NCBI GenBank assembly: GCA_002633005.1
Contig: NMRA01000577.1
Location: 203,512 to 267,511 of the forward strand
DNA length: 64,000 bases
Reading direction: 5' to 3'
Origin: Phoronis australis
Lineage: Eukaryota; Animalia; Phoronida
Shown: positions 44,101 to 56,100 of the stretch, piece by piece
How positions within the stretch are numbered: the stretch's first letter is position 1
How the letters are laid out: every line of letters begins with the position of its first letter
Translations under genes and position numbers: made by a program
The notes under the pieces: generated by a model
Told to the model about the DNA's origin: nothing
What the model saw: only the letters and a program-made list of their open reading frames with translations
The model's database searches: none

Positions 44101-47100
44101 ATTATACAATACATCAGTAGAAAAACTACACTTAAAACATGATCAAAGAGACGGTTAACTAAATTCCTCGTCAGTCACATCTACCGTATCATTCACAAGC
44201 TCAACCATGCAAAACAATCAGAGAGGAAAAAATCTTCGAGATATCATTGTCTACAAGGGCAGATGTCTGCATTAAGCACAGCAAAATCGACAAGCACAAC
44301 ACAAACCATTGAAAATTACCAACAAATGCGCAGCAAACGGTATGCTTCTTGAGGTGAGTAATATATAAAATAAAAAAAAAACTAGGCACCACGGCATAAG
44401 TCAAATCCATCTAAAACCGGGGGAGTGGTCTTACCTTCTTGGTAGAAACTTATTTGACAAATTTTGTGAACATCCATTGAGCAACTTGGCTAAGAAAACT
44501 GTCACAATGGATGCTACAGGTGAACCCCCAAATTCTCTATCAGGCGTACTCTCCTCAATTGCGTAAAATATACCCATGAAGATGCATAAGGGAAATTGGT
44601 AGACACAAAATTTGCCACAAGGTGGCGGCAGAGTTGGACATATGCCAAACACGATCATCTCAATAGGATTACATCAGTAAAATTTCATAGTGATCATCAA
44701 GCGCTTTGGTCGGGCGGGTGGCAAAAATAGCCACAAAAATAATAAAACTGAATATGTTGAATCCATCCATAAATACGAACATGTTACTGTTTCCTTAATA
44801 GAATCATATTTCTCAAATTTGATGAAAATCCATCAACGAACTTCGTAGATATAGAGGCATATGCAAAGAAAAGCTAATTGCCACTAGGGGGTGCCACAGT
44901 AGTTGGATTAGTCCCAACTGAAGCAAGTTTTCTAAATTGTATTGAGATTCATCAAGGAAATTGGTGGGCATTGAGACACAGGAAACTTGTCACTAAACAG
45001 CGCCAAAGTACTCGGACATGTCTAAAAACCTTTGTCAGTCATGACCAGCTCCATAGGAACACATATATTAAACAATTCTTAATGATCCCTTGACCAGTCC
45101 GGAAGACAGACAGGCAAATCCCCCACCCCCCCAAAAAACAGATGCACAAAAAACCTAATAAAATCAAATTTCACGAAAATCCGTCAAGGAACTCAGTAGA
45201 TATACAACATAATGAAACCACAGGGGGCATGGCAGTAGTCGAATCTGTCCAAAAAAATGCTTGCTTCATCAATGAAAAGATGTATCTGCAAAATTCCATG
45301 GATATCCATCAAGGAGTTTTAGAGATACAGCAGTGGACGCCAGAGGCACAATAGATAGACGAAAGGGAATAACTGCAGAATGCACACATATAGACACATA
45401 TGTGGGTGCATAGAACTAGCAAAAGGTCTGTGCGAGTTAACTTATCTTTTGGTGACACAAACGAAATGTCCTTTAGGGTCATTTTATCAAAGACAGTAAC
45501 TCTGATTGTAGCAAAGACAATGGAAGATGCAATACAGCAAACGTGGTGTTTTTTTACAGGTCTGGAGCAAAATGTTGCAACTGAGGTTTAAGTTGGTAAT
45601 TTTTCACAATCAGACTTACCGACCGCCTTGAAAAGTTAATCAACAGATATGACCAGACTCATTACCGTTAATTAGACAGCACCTGAAGTCGTTAATATTG
45701 TTTAGGCTCTAATGAGCGAATTTTTTTGCCAATGTAAATTTGTTTACTACATAAATATAGTGGCCTAGGAAATAAGATTACATCCTTTGCAATGGTTCAA
45801 ACAAATTGTCACACAAGAACCTACATAAACAACACAACTACAACCTAGGACAATTAAAGTGTTGCTTTGTTTGAAGCAAGAATGCAAGTCAAAGTATATC
45901 ACCTTAATCAATGCATTAGAACAAACACAAAAGGCTCTTAAGTCTCTTTGGCCCCTTCAAACCCCTCGGGCTGCCCTGCCCAGTCTCCCTGACAGCTGCA
46001 ATGCCTCTATTACTATTACTAATGGCCCAATGCCACTTTTTTAATACAGACCCTTATGTATGAGCGGTTAGTGGCATGAAACATAGCTTGAGTATCAAAA
46101 ACCAAATTATGCAATCCATGCCTATACATCTGCTTTGCGTACCCTAGAGCGAGTATTGTATCGGTTTGGCTGGCTTGAGCGGCGCTTCGACACGATCTTA
46201 GTGACCTTTCGTTTCTTGGGCTTATCTGCGAGTGCATTGACCGCGTCCGTGAGGACACGTTTGCCATGACAGGTGGTACTAGAGCACTTTGCCTGACCCT
46301 GTGGCGATGAGCACAGTCGGAGCAGACTAGTCTTTGTTTGTTGCTCAACAAAGCTGTTCCTCAGCGGGCTGAGAACCATGGTTGCCTGGTTCACAAGATC
46401 GGATTTACTAAGATGGGAAGCACGAAGGCGTTTTGCTTCGGCTTTTCTGGGCTGGTTTTGCCTGACATTTTCCTTGCCAATTTTATCTACCAAGTCTGGT
46501 TTCTTCGATTTGGAAGAAACAGCTTGCTCTGTGCTGGTGCGGAAGCCAGCTGTGAACTTAACCATAGGGATGACCTGTGACTGGCAGTAGGGGCTAGCAA
46601 GGGGTGCAAAATTGACCTTGTGAGGACTAGCTGCTACGTTTTTTGTGGTAGGCTTTGATTTTTTGCATGTCTCTCGCTTTGTTGGTGTTCCCGAGGGAAA
46701 CGCTTGCAAAGCAGGGGCAGTAACGGGTGTTATAATTAACTGAGGAGCACGGTCAAGCACGGGGACGACTTGGCAGGCAGGTGTGGACTCTATTGGAGCC
46801 ACGCACACTTCTGGGGCCACAGGAACTAGGACAGGCATGTTGTTGCTGGAAGAACACAACACCTTGCTAATAAGACACTGTCCCTCATTTGTATCTGAAT
46901 GAATTGTGGGAGAAACTTTTTTGCTTAAGTTCTCACTGAAGTTGGGACTGGTAGACCCAACAAGCTCAGATGTCTGGGCAATAGTCTTAGATTGCTCTAG
47001 CTGTTGCCAGAAACCAGTTTGGCATGCTACAGGAGAGTAACACTCTGCGCTGATGGACACTGTTTGAATTTCACTCACAGTGAGAGCAGCCTTGTCTACA

Positions 47101-50100
47101 GGTTTAGACAGAGACTCGCTGTATAATGAGTTGGTCTGAGTTACTCCTACCGACTGGGAAACGGGGGATGTTTGCGTGGCCGCCCTCTGTTGTACAGTGC
47201 GCAAGGTAAGAGTCTGTGTGGATGTAGTATCAAACACCAGAGGGGTTGTTTGAGTGGCTTCCGCATTACTATCTGGCAGTGCTTTTTGACTGGTGGGGTT
47301 ATCCTGAGGACAGGTAGGCATTTTAAAGACTATTTCATCATCTCCACAGTCGTGACTGTACTGACTGTCGCTCAGGCCGACACTGAAGCAAGATTCGCGG
47401 TCGGCACCAGACAGAGGTACAACACCAATGCCCACATTTGGAAAAAGCTGGGCAATCATGCTAGAATTTGGGTCGTGACACCTAGGTGTCAGGAGTACAG
47501 AAGAGTTGAAGTTATGTTGAGGGTGAGGCGTGGTGGCCACAGCTTGTTTGACTGAGTTCTCTTGACCGCTACCTTTCTGCGTGTCCACTGTTTGCCGCAG
47601 GTCCACCATTGTCTCGTCCCGCTGCTGTAGTTTAACTTCGGCGACCTCCAGCGCCTTTTTGCTCTCCACCAGTAACTTCTTAAGCTCCTCAACAGCCGCT
47701 GCCTGAAGGAAGTTAAACAATTTATTACCAAAGTAGAATACAACAAAACAACCCTGCATTCACCGTCGCCATTGCATTCAAAATTTAAGTAGACTCCTAC
47801 GGTTAAACAATTACAAAATCACAATTTGGGACCTGAAAATATAAACTTCTTCAGTCAAACGCAACAGCTTTCTCGCCTATAGTACTGGTAAAAGTTCAGG
47901 CCTATACTTTTAATGTGCCTGTGGACAATAAACCAGGCAAGCAGTCAACTCAGTAATCAACACACTTGAGAGCACATGCCCCAATACGTCAACAAAGTGG
48001 AGATTTTGCAAATCTTAGCTTTTCAAAAAACTATCTAGGAATTCATTCTGATGATACAAGACTCCTAACACATTTCTGGAGAAACATTTTTGCTAAGGGA
48101 ACAGAAACTTTGAATCTTCCCTCTAAGTTGAAACACGTTTGCCTCATCGGCAAATCAGCTCAATGGCAACCATTTTGTTAGTATGCACCAGTAAGGACTT
48201 GAACCTTTACAAGTACGACTTTTTGTGGTCTAGCGAGATCTTGCAAAAACCTTGGTTAACGAAACGTAGATCAGACATTCAGCACCAACAGGCCAGACTG
48301 TTTACACGGATCTTTTATAATAAAATGAAACTTGTAAACAACAACTCACATATCAGGGCTTTGAATGACCAATGACAAAAAAGAGGAAAATTTTCCAGGT
48401 GATGTATCATGAATGTACAAATAAATAGGCTTGTGAGATAGAATTTTTTTGTTGTAGCAAAATTTACCTGAAATGAAGGTTTCTGCATGAATGAAGTCAA
48501 AACAATGAATTAAATAAGAGACGAAAAAAGAGGAAACTGCAAATCAAATAAGAGAAAATCGAAACCAAAAGAGGAAGCCCTCTTAAAAGAGAAAAATTCC
48601 AAACCCTGGTGTATACATGTGCTCCAGCATGTGGTCATGAAAGTACAGTGTACATTCTGCAGCTCAGGCGAATATTATAAACTACTAACTTGAATCAACA
48701 AAATCATGCGTGCAAGGTCCCCACATGACTGGCATCAGAAGACGACAAAATTCAAACTGTCCAAATGAGATAACCAAACCAATGACAAAAGCCTTAATTC
48801 TTAGCTATCAACATAAGTGCACCAGGAATACCTTTAATAATTTTGTGAGCGGGGACACACATATACTTTGAGGTTTGAACTGGGGCTCTGTCCCAATTAA
48901 AAATGTGCAATCGTCTCAAAAAACACACTCAAATGTGAACACTGGTATAAATATTTCCTACTTTCGACATATTTCAGAGCTGCGACGGTGTTTTATTTTC
49001 TTCAGTACACACTGCTCTAAAACAGTTTAATGCGTCAAGTCAATTAGTGGCTGTTTAGCTGTGAGCAATTACTGTCAATTAGTGATACAGTAGTCAGTTA
49101 TAATTACTAATTATTGGATAAATTGCGTGAGCCAAGGCCACAAAATTAACAGATGAAAACCAAAATCACCTTGTCAAATGTACAAAAATCACTGAGCGAC
49201 ATGTAGAAAAAAGCAAGGCAAGTTCATAAAATTTTCCGGTTAACATAAAATTCTTCAAATAAATGGTGATGAGACGGCGTAAAAACTAAAATTAAAAAAG
49301 TCTCAAGCTGCAGGATGTATACCATGTGCACGACTCAAAATATTATATATTAGATATCTGGCAAGAGAAATTCTTTAAATTATGAAATAAAAATTAGCAC
49401 ACCTAAGATTGAAAAGTGGAGCGATGTCAACAATAACAAAGAAAAGCCATTTATAATTAATATGTCATTTAAAATTAATATGCCGTTTGTAATTAACAAT
49501 GCCGTTTATAATTAGTACGCCATTTATAATTAATGTGCCATTTATACTTAATATGCCATTTATAAAGCAGAGATCTCATCGTGATTAGATCATGGTATCT
49601 TCTTGTTCACGAGTTATTACTTATTAACCACTTTGCTACCAGCGCATCACAGAACTCAGTTTTATGTCATCTGCATTCTGACGTCACATTCATTTATAAA
49701 TAACCACAAAATATAAACCACCATGTACTGAGGAGGAGGGAGGGAGAGAGAGGGGATAGGACGATGGGATATCAAAAATTAAAAACGATGGTTTCGCCAA
49801 ACCAATACCCAACTCCAGACCTACGTCCGGGACCACTCAATTTTACCAGCAACTCGGGTCAAAAGTGGAGGAATCGCGTGGCGAGGAAATTTCCCAATTC
49901 CGCGAAAGTGACCGGTCATTTTTCGAGTCGGAGTAAAGCGTAGTAGTTACAGGCACAGGAAGTTTACTTTGCCCTCACCTGCGCCTGCAGCCGCTCCTGG
50001 TCTTCAGCACCAGACTTCTTCAATTTCTCAATCTCCGCGTTCTTCTCATCAAACGTCTCCCCGGCCTCATTGAGCATCTCGCTCAGATCAGAGATCTGCG

Positions 50101-53100
50101 ACGCCTGCAGATAGAAACAAGCCTGTACTCAACACCCACGGCACAAATCACTGATAAAATATCAGAACACAAATTTGGTCACCATTGATGGGATATTTTT
50201 ATAGCATAGTACAGTACACCTGACAAACATTTTGTCGCACGGGCCAGGGACAGCTCCGATGGCTGCTGTCTTGCTCTGTGGCTGGCCACGCGTTTCCCCC
50301 GCACACAATCGAGTGTTTCATTCATCTTTATGAAAATATTTGCCACGATTATTAACCCATGATTTACATTTGGTAATGGTACATTTCTACCATCCCATCA
50401 CCTCAAAGTCCCCACATATAAGCCTGAATGTACTTTCATAAACAAGGGGCCCATAAACACAAAATGTGCCAGAGACATGGACCAATGTGTGCAGTTCAGA
50501 GAAAAAGTACGCTACCAGTGGTACTGTTGATTCTATTTTGTAGAAAACAAAAAATGTACCGAATTAAACTAGGTTCTGTTTCTGGTGGTCTTGTTCATGT
50601 TTGGCACGCGCACACCCAGAACGTTTTGGGAAACCTTACAAACAGCAGAAATTATAAAAAAGCGTGCTCAGAAAATTTTACAAATACAGGTCAAATGGGC
50701 TTATACTGCAGGGACTGTTTGCAGAATTTCCAAATATCTGCCATTTTCCAGATACATAAGGAAATTACATTCTTTGCACTTGCACAGACAGCAAGCACTA
50801 TTACACGAGACTACCGTATTGTCGCGCCATTAGGACCATGGGCGTCTGTTCGAAACTGCACTTATATGCAAAACTTAAGAGTATGTGTCAATATGCAAAC
50901 CAGTTGGGTAAAAAAGGGCCACGAAAAAAGCATTATTTCGGATATGAGCACACAAGCTTAAAAGCGCGCCAATGCGGCTGTAGCTCTTCCTCAATTTAAG
51001 CATGGCAACAGTTACAGAGAAAAACGAACATTCTGACAAAAAAGAAAAAACAGTTACACAAGACTACAGTAGTTTTCATGCAGCATAACACAAGCAACCC
51101 CGATCCTAAAGCGTGGATCAGCCGTTTCACTGACTTCTACCCAAATTAAATCTATTGCTGCTGAAGAGTTGAACCGCAATGAGGTGTGACCACTCACCTG
51201 ACTAGCAATTGTCTCCTTGGCATCTTCCAGATGTTGAGTAAGGTTACTGATGATCTCATTCTGTACAAGGTCTGACATGTCGTCCCCACCGGCTGGCTGC
51301 AAGAGGGAATCGAGGGAAGCATCGTCAGCGTGAACGAACAGTACCGGGGATTTGCACGAAAGCGTCAGACTCTTTTAGAAATGAGGACAAAAACTCATCT
51401 TGCATACCTGGCATAGGGGGCAAATGTCGTCCATTCTCGTCTTCAATAATTTCGCGTTCACAAAAAGCACCCAGGAGGCTCTTTCGGGGAATAGTAGAGG
51501 GGCTCTTTCGGAAACTTGTATTGCTTACAGCAGCCTTACACAGCAGTGGGCTTCAAGTAGTGCTGTGAGAGGGATAGTAAGTGACTACACTTGGCATCAG
51601 AGGCAGTAATTTGTTTTAAACCAGATTCTGATCGATTTGAAATACTATCCAAGTTACTAGAGTAGACCAGCGACACCTCCCTCATCAAGTCATCAACCAA
51701 TATACTTGAAATTATTATATTTAACTGTCTTTTTAAGGACCAAAATCGGGAACCTCTGTCCAGTGCCAGAACTGCAAAAGGATCTTGCATAGGCCCTCAT
51801 GTGGATTTTTCGGTCCCTCTTTCAACAGGAGCCCAAATGAGTGCTTTGTGTTAGTGGAGGCCAGGTCTTCATCTAGCAGGCATCCAGGGCACCCAAATGA
51901 ACACCCTGACTCAAATTTACACACTCTAGATAGGATGCACTATTCTACGTTTGCTGTTCAGCGTTTGGATGCCCAAGTAAAGTAAGAGAGTGGGCACAGG
52001 TGTCTCTTTTAACTTTGTAAAAGCAGCTCTGGGAGTTCATTAGCATATCCAGAATGAAAAAATTAGAATTAGTTAACATATGATGTAAGATACAATAAAT
52101 CAATAGTACAGCAATTTGACCTCACAAAAAACAGGCAGTCACATCTCATTGGTCATGGACAACATGAGGAACTGGCAAATCCATTTTGGACGCCATATTT
52201 TTGAAATCCTGGAAGAACCCGTGGTGATGGGTCATGACGTCATTACTTTCTCCATTTTTGGCACTCAGTTGCACTGGTAAAAAGACTACTATTGCCCATG
52301 ACTTCTCTTAGTACCTAACTACTGACAAAGTGGGGGTCTTTCTCCTGAATAGTCCCTGGTGACTTTTGAGCACGCAAAACTACTTCGAGGAAATTGAGAA
52401 TCCCCCCCGGTAATATCTTTACGCTTATTCTAAACAGCTAAGGATAATAACATTAACATCACCACTGTGTTTTTTTTTGAAGCAAAATTGTTTCCGGGAA
52501 AAAGAGAATCCCTAGTAATGCCTTTGCACTTAATGAGAATGAACCGGACAACCCAACATTTAAGACACTTGACAATTAGTTAATTAAACACTCTCATGTG
52601 GAAATAGGAAGCCCATCAGCCAATTTACAAGCAGGAAACTATCATAATTTCCTTCTTCGTTAATGAGGACAAACCCAGTTGTGTGTCTCGTACTTGAATG
52701 TGAAGGCGTTCATGTAAGTGGGCAAGGGATGCGGAGATTGTTCAAGCATGTACAATATGTCGCCATTTTATCACCAGAGTCGTCGGCTCAGTAGAGTGCC
52801 TCCAGAAATACGCAAATGTGAAAGCAATTGATTTTAACTGTCACTGAAAGGGGTAATCCTTCTAACCTCAACATGTCGTATACTGGCCATAATTTGAAAT
52901 GCATACTAGTCATGATGAGCAAACAATCTTAAAGAAGAGCAATTTCATGTCACGCCATGTACCAAGGTAATTGGCTCTTTAGGCATTTATTTTCAGAGTA
53001 TTGCAAAAAGCACACACCAAGGTATTTTATCAATAAATTTTATAAACATAATCAACCCTTTGTCATCCAAATATTGACGAGATCATGAAGTGAAAATATT

Positions 53101-56100
53101 GGCGACCTTTCCAATAATGCCCATAACACTTGCAAAAGCTTTGCCAAAACATGACTTCAACAAGATTTTGACATTTCTTTTGAAAACCAAGCAACCTAGC
53201 TATAAACCAAAAATAAAGAAGGCAAACATAAAAACCAACTATTAAGCAAACCAGGGGTCAAATCATGTGTTACCTTCTGAGAATCTAACGCCTTAAACTT
53301 TTCCTCAAAGCTGGTTTTTTCTCTCTCCAGCCTGGTGATGTCTGCCTTCAGCTCACTCATAGCCTACACACAAAACACGGGCTAGTAACATAAGCAGGGT
53401 CAGCTATTACCATGCGGCATGTGAACGTGCTACTACCACACGGCATGTGAACGTGCTGTTACAGAAACCAAATAAATATCAAAGCTGCGTTTGGCCCTGT
53501 TAAGCTGGCAAAAAAGAAAGCCAAGGTTGGACTTTTATTCTCATAAAATTGCTCTCATAATATTCCTCACAGTGATAGGATTTTATTTCCATTACTAACA
53601 AAAACTTCAAAATGCTGTGATTTAAATTGGTAGTGGAAATAGAATCCCATCACGGTAAGAAATATCACACCATTTTTATGAGAGTGAAAGGCCTCATTTG
53701 ATTTTCGTTTATAGCCAGCTAAACATGGAAAAATGTAGCTTTACGTCTTGAGATGGTTTTAGTTGACATCATTCTGGCTTATAAATATTTTCTTGGAAAT
53801 TCACGAAAGTGTCAAACTACTTAGTGACTAAGGACAACCTAAACTGGCCAATCATATCGCAAAAAATTTGAAAGTTTACTAGAAGCAGGCCACGCGATTG
53901 GTCGTTTTTAGTTTCGTGTCAAGTGCGATGGAATTGAAAAAAAGTTAAAAAATAATTTCATTGCTGCAAGATGTCAGTAGCATGGTTCATTTGCCGTGCC
54001 ACGAGATGGTGAAATGTTCACTACTCGCCGCACTGTTTGGACTTGGAAGGGCTAAAACATTAAGCTAAACAAGCACATGTGAGAAGCCAGGCAACATAGG
54101 CATCCAGACATGCAAAAGTGAGACGCTAACAACAAACCATAGTCAAAGTATTTCCTACTCACTGGACCAGTCTAAGCTTTTGCAATTATCCTTGTTTCAG
54201 TATTCAACATATGACTGTATTTCGGGAGTAAGTTTTCGGCTATACAGAATTTGTTAAATGCACGACACTTTTCATTGTTCACAGTCTTTATTCCGTTGCG
54301 TTCGTACTTTCGGAACAAAACTCTACTCTCAACTGAACATAGATACAGTAACTGACCTAGCGACATAATTAAAAGACACACGATGTGTGCATTTAACAAA
54401 TTCTGTATTCAACATATATCCAACAAAACTTTAGATTTAGTCAAATGAATTTTCATAATGCGGTCATGTCATTCATACTGTTTTGATGCGAATGTAACAT
54501 TTCTTTTTCGCAAAATTTCACCAAAAAGACATGGCCACTTGATCCAATTAATGACAGACATAAAGTTAAACACCAGAGTCTACAGGATTTCTACTTTCAG
54601 AAGAGCTAATTTCTATAGCTCTCGAAATATTTGGCTGAACATAAAGACTTGTTGATAAGGCCGTACATAACCTTATCAGACAAGCATAATACCGAGAGCA
54701 ACTGCAACAAAGGTCGGATAGTATTTGTTAAATAAAAATAACCTGCAACTCAAGCGCCTGTATTATGTCTTGACGGCAATAATCATAAAGAGGTAAGGAA
54801 TTGCCAAACCTTTAAAAGAAAAAAAAAACCAGTCTCGAATGTACTTTGTGTAATGGTAGATGTCAATGCAACACACAAGTACCGAAATTTTCCGTAGCTA
54901 AGCCCACTGGCGTGTATTCAGAAACTGAAAATTTTCAGGCGTTTTAGTAACACCAAATAAACGCCCGGGCATTTATTCAGAAAAGGGATGCGTGTAAACA
55001 GAGAGTACTAGTTGCTGACTTCGACATTTTTTTACTTAAAACGTCCCACTATCTGGGCACTTGACACCAGGAGTTGTAACACCAAACAAACGCCCATGGG
55101 AATTTACTCGACATAGCTTTCCCAACACTGACTGCGCTTATCTACAGAAAATCCTGGTAACAAAGCAGTGACAAAGCAGGCACAAGCTTTTCACACAGAA
55201 GCCAAAGCTGGGTTTCCAGGGTGCACTACATGCAAGGACATATAACCAAGAACATGACAACAACATTCATTCATTCAGCTCCAATATTTAAAAAGGCCAT
55301 TGTAAAAGACAAATTTGTCATCTCCAACAGCTGAGTGACAACATCAACCAAGCCAGGACTTAAGTGAACTCTAACCTTTTCGTGAGACTTCCTCAGCTCG
55401 TTAATCTCATTGGCCATATGAAAGTCGCCTTTTGATTTCTCCTCCTGCAGCCCATTTTTAGCATCTACCGCCACCTTTAGGCTAGTCTGGGCACTAGCCA
55501 GTTCAGCTTGCACGGAAGCCAGTGTTTCAGTCTGGTCTTTTAATCTGTTCTCCAGCTCCTGACAGGCAGAATCAACGAAGAATAAATACTAAAACAGTGA
55601 CTGTCTTCAGAAAAAATAACAGAACAGGGAATACAGGAATACATGAAATGACTGCCATCCATTACTCAAAAAAAGTTAGCCTAACTACGCAATTTCATGA
55701 TGGCTTTGCAACATGTCTCACCTTGACTTTTATCTGCTCAGCATGCAGTAACACACTGGACACCCATTCATCCTCCTCATCATCCATTCGCTGGATGCGC
55801 GCACGTTTCCTTGATGACTTCACCGACTGCGTGTACATCTCAATGCGGCGGTCGGCTTTTTCCTCCGCTGCCAAGTAACCCTCTTTCAGTCTCTCACTGC
55901 AGACAGGATCAGAACAATTATTGATACACTTGCAAAGCATGGCCACAAGATGTACCACCTCAACAGGAGCGTGTCTCTCGTTAGATTTTTAGTGGACACA
56001 GAGAAACAAAATATGTGACAAGTTTTCCTTCATCAAAACCAGTCTTATTCAAATGTAATTTCTTTTAGGTGATCTCAGCTTAGGTGATCTCAGTCTAGGT

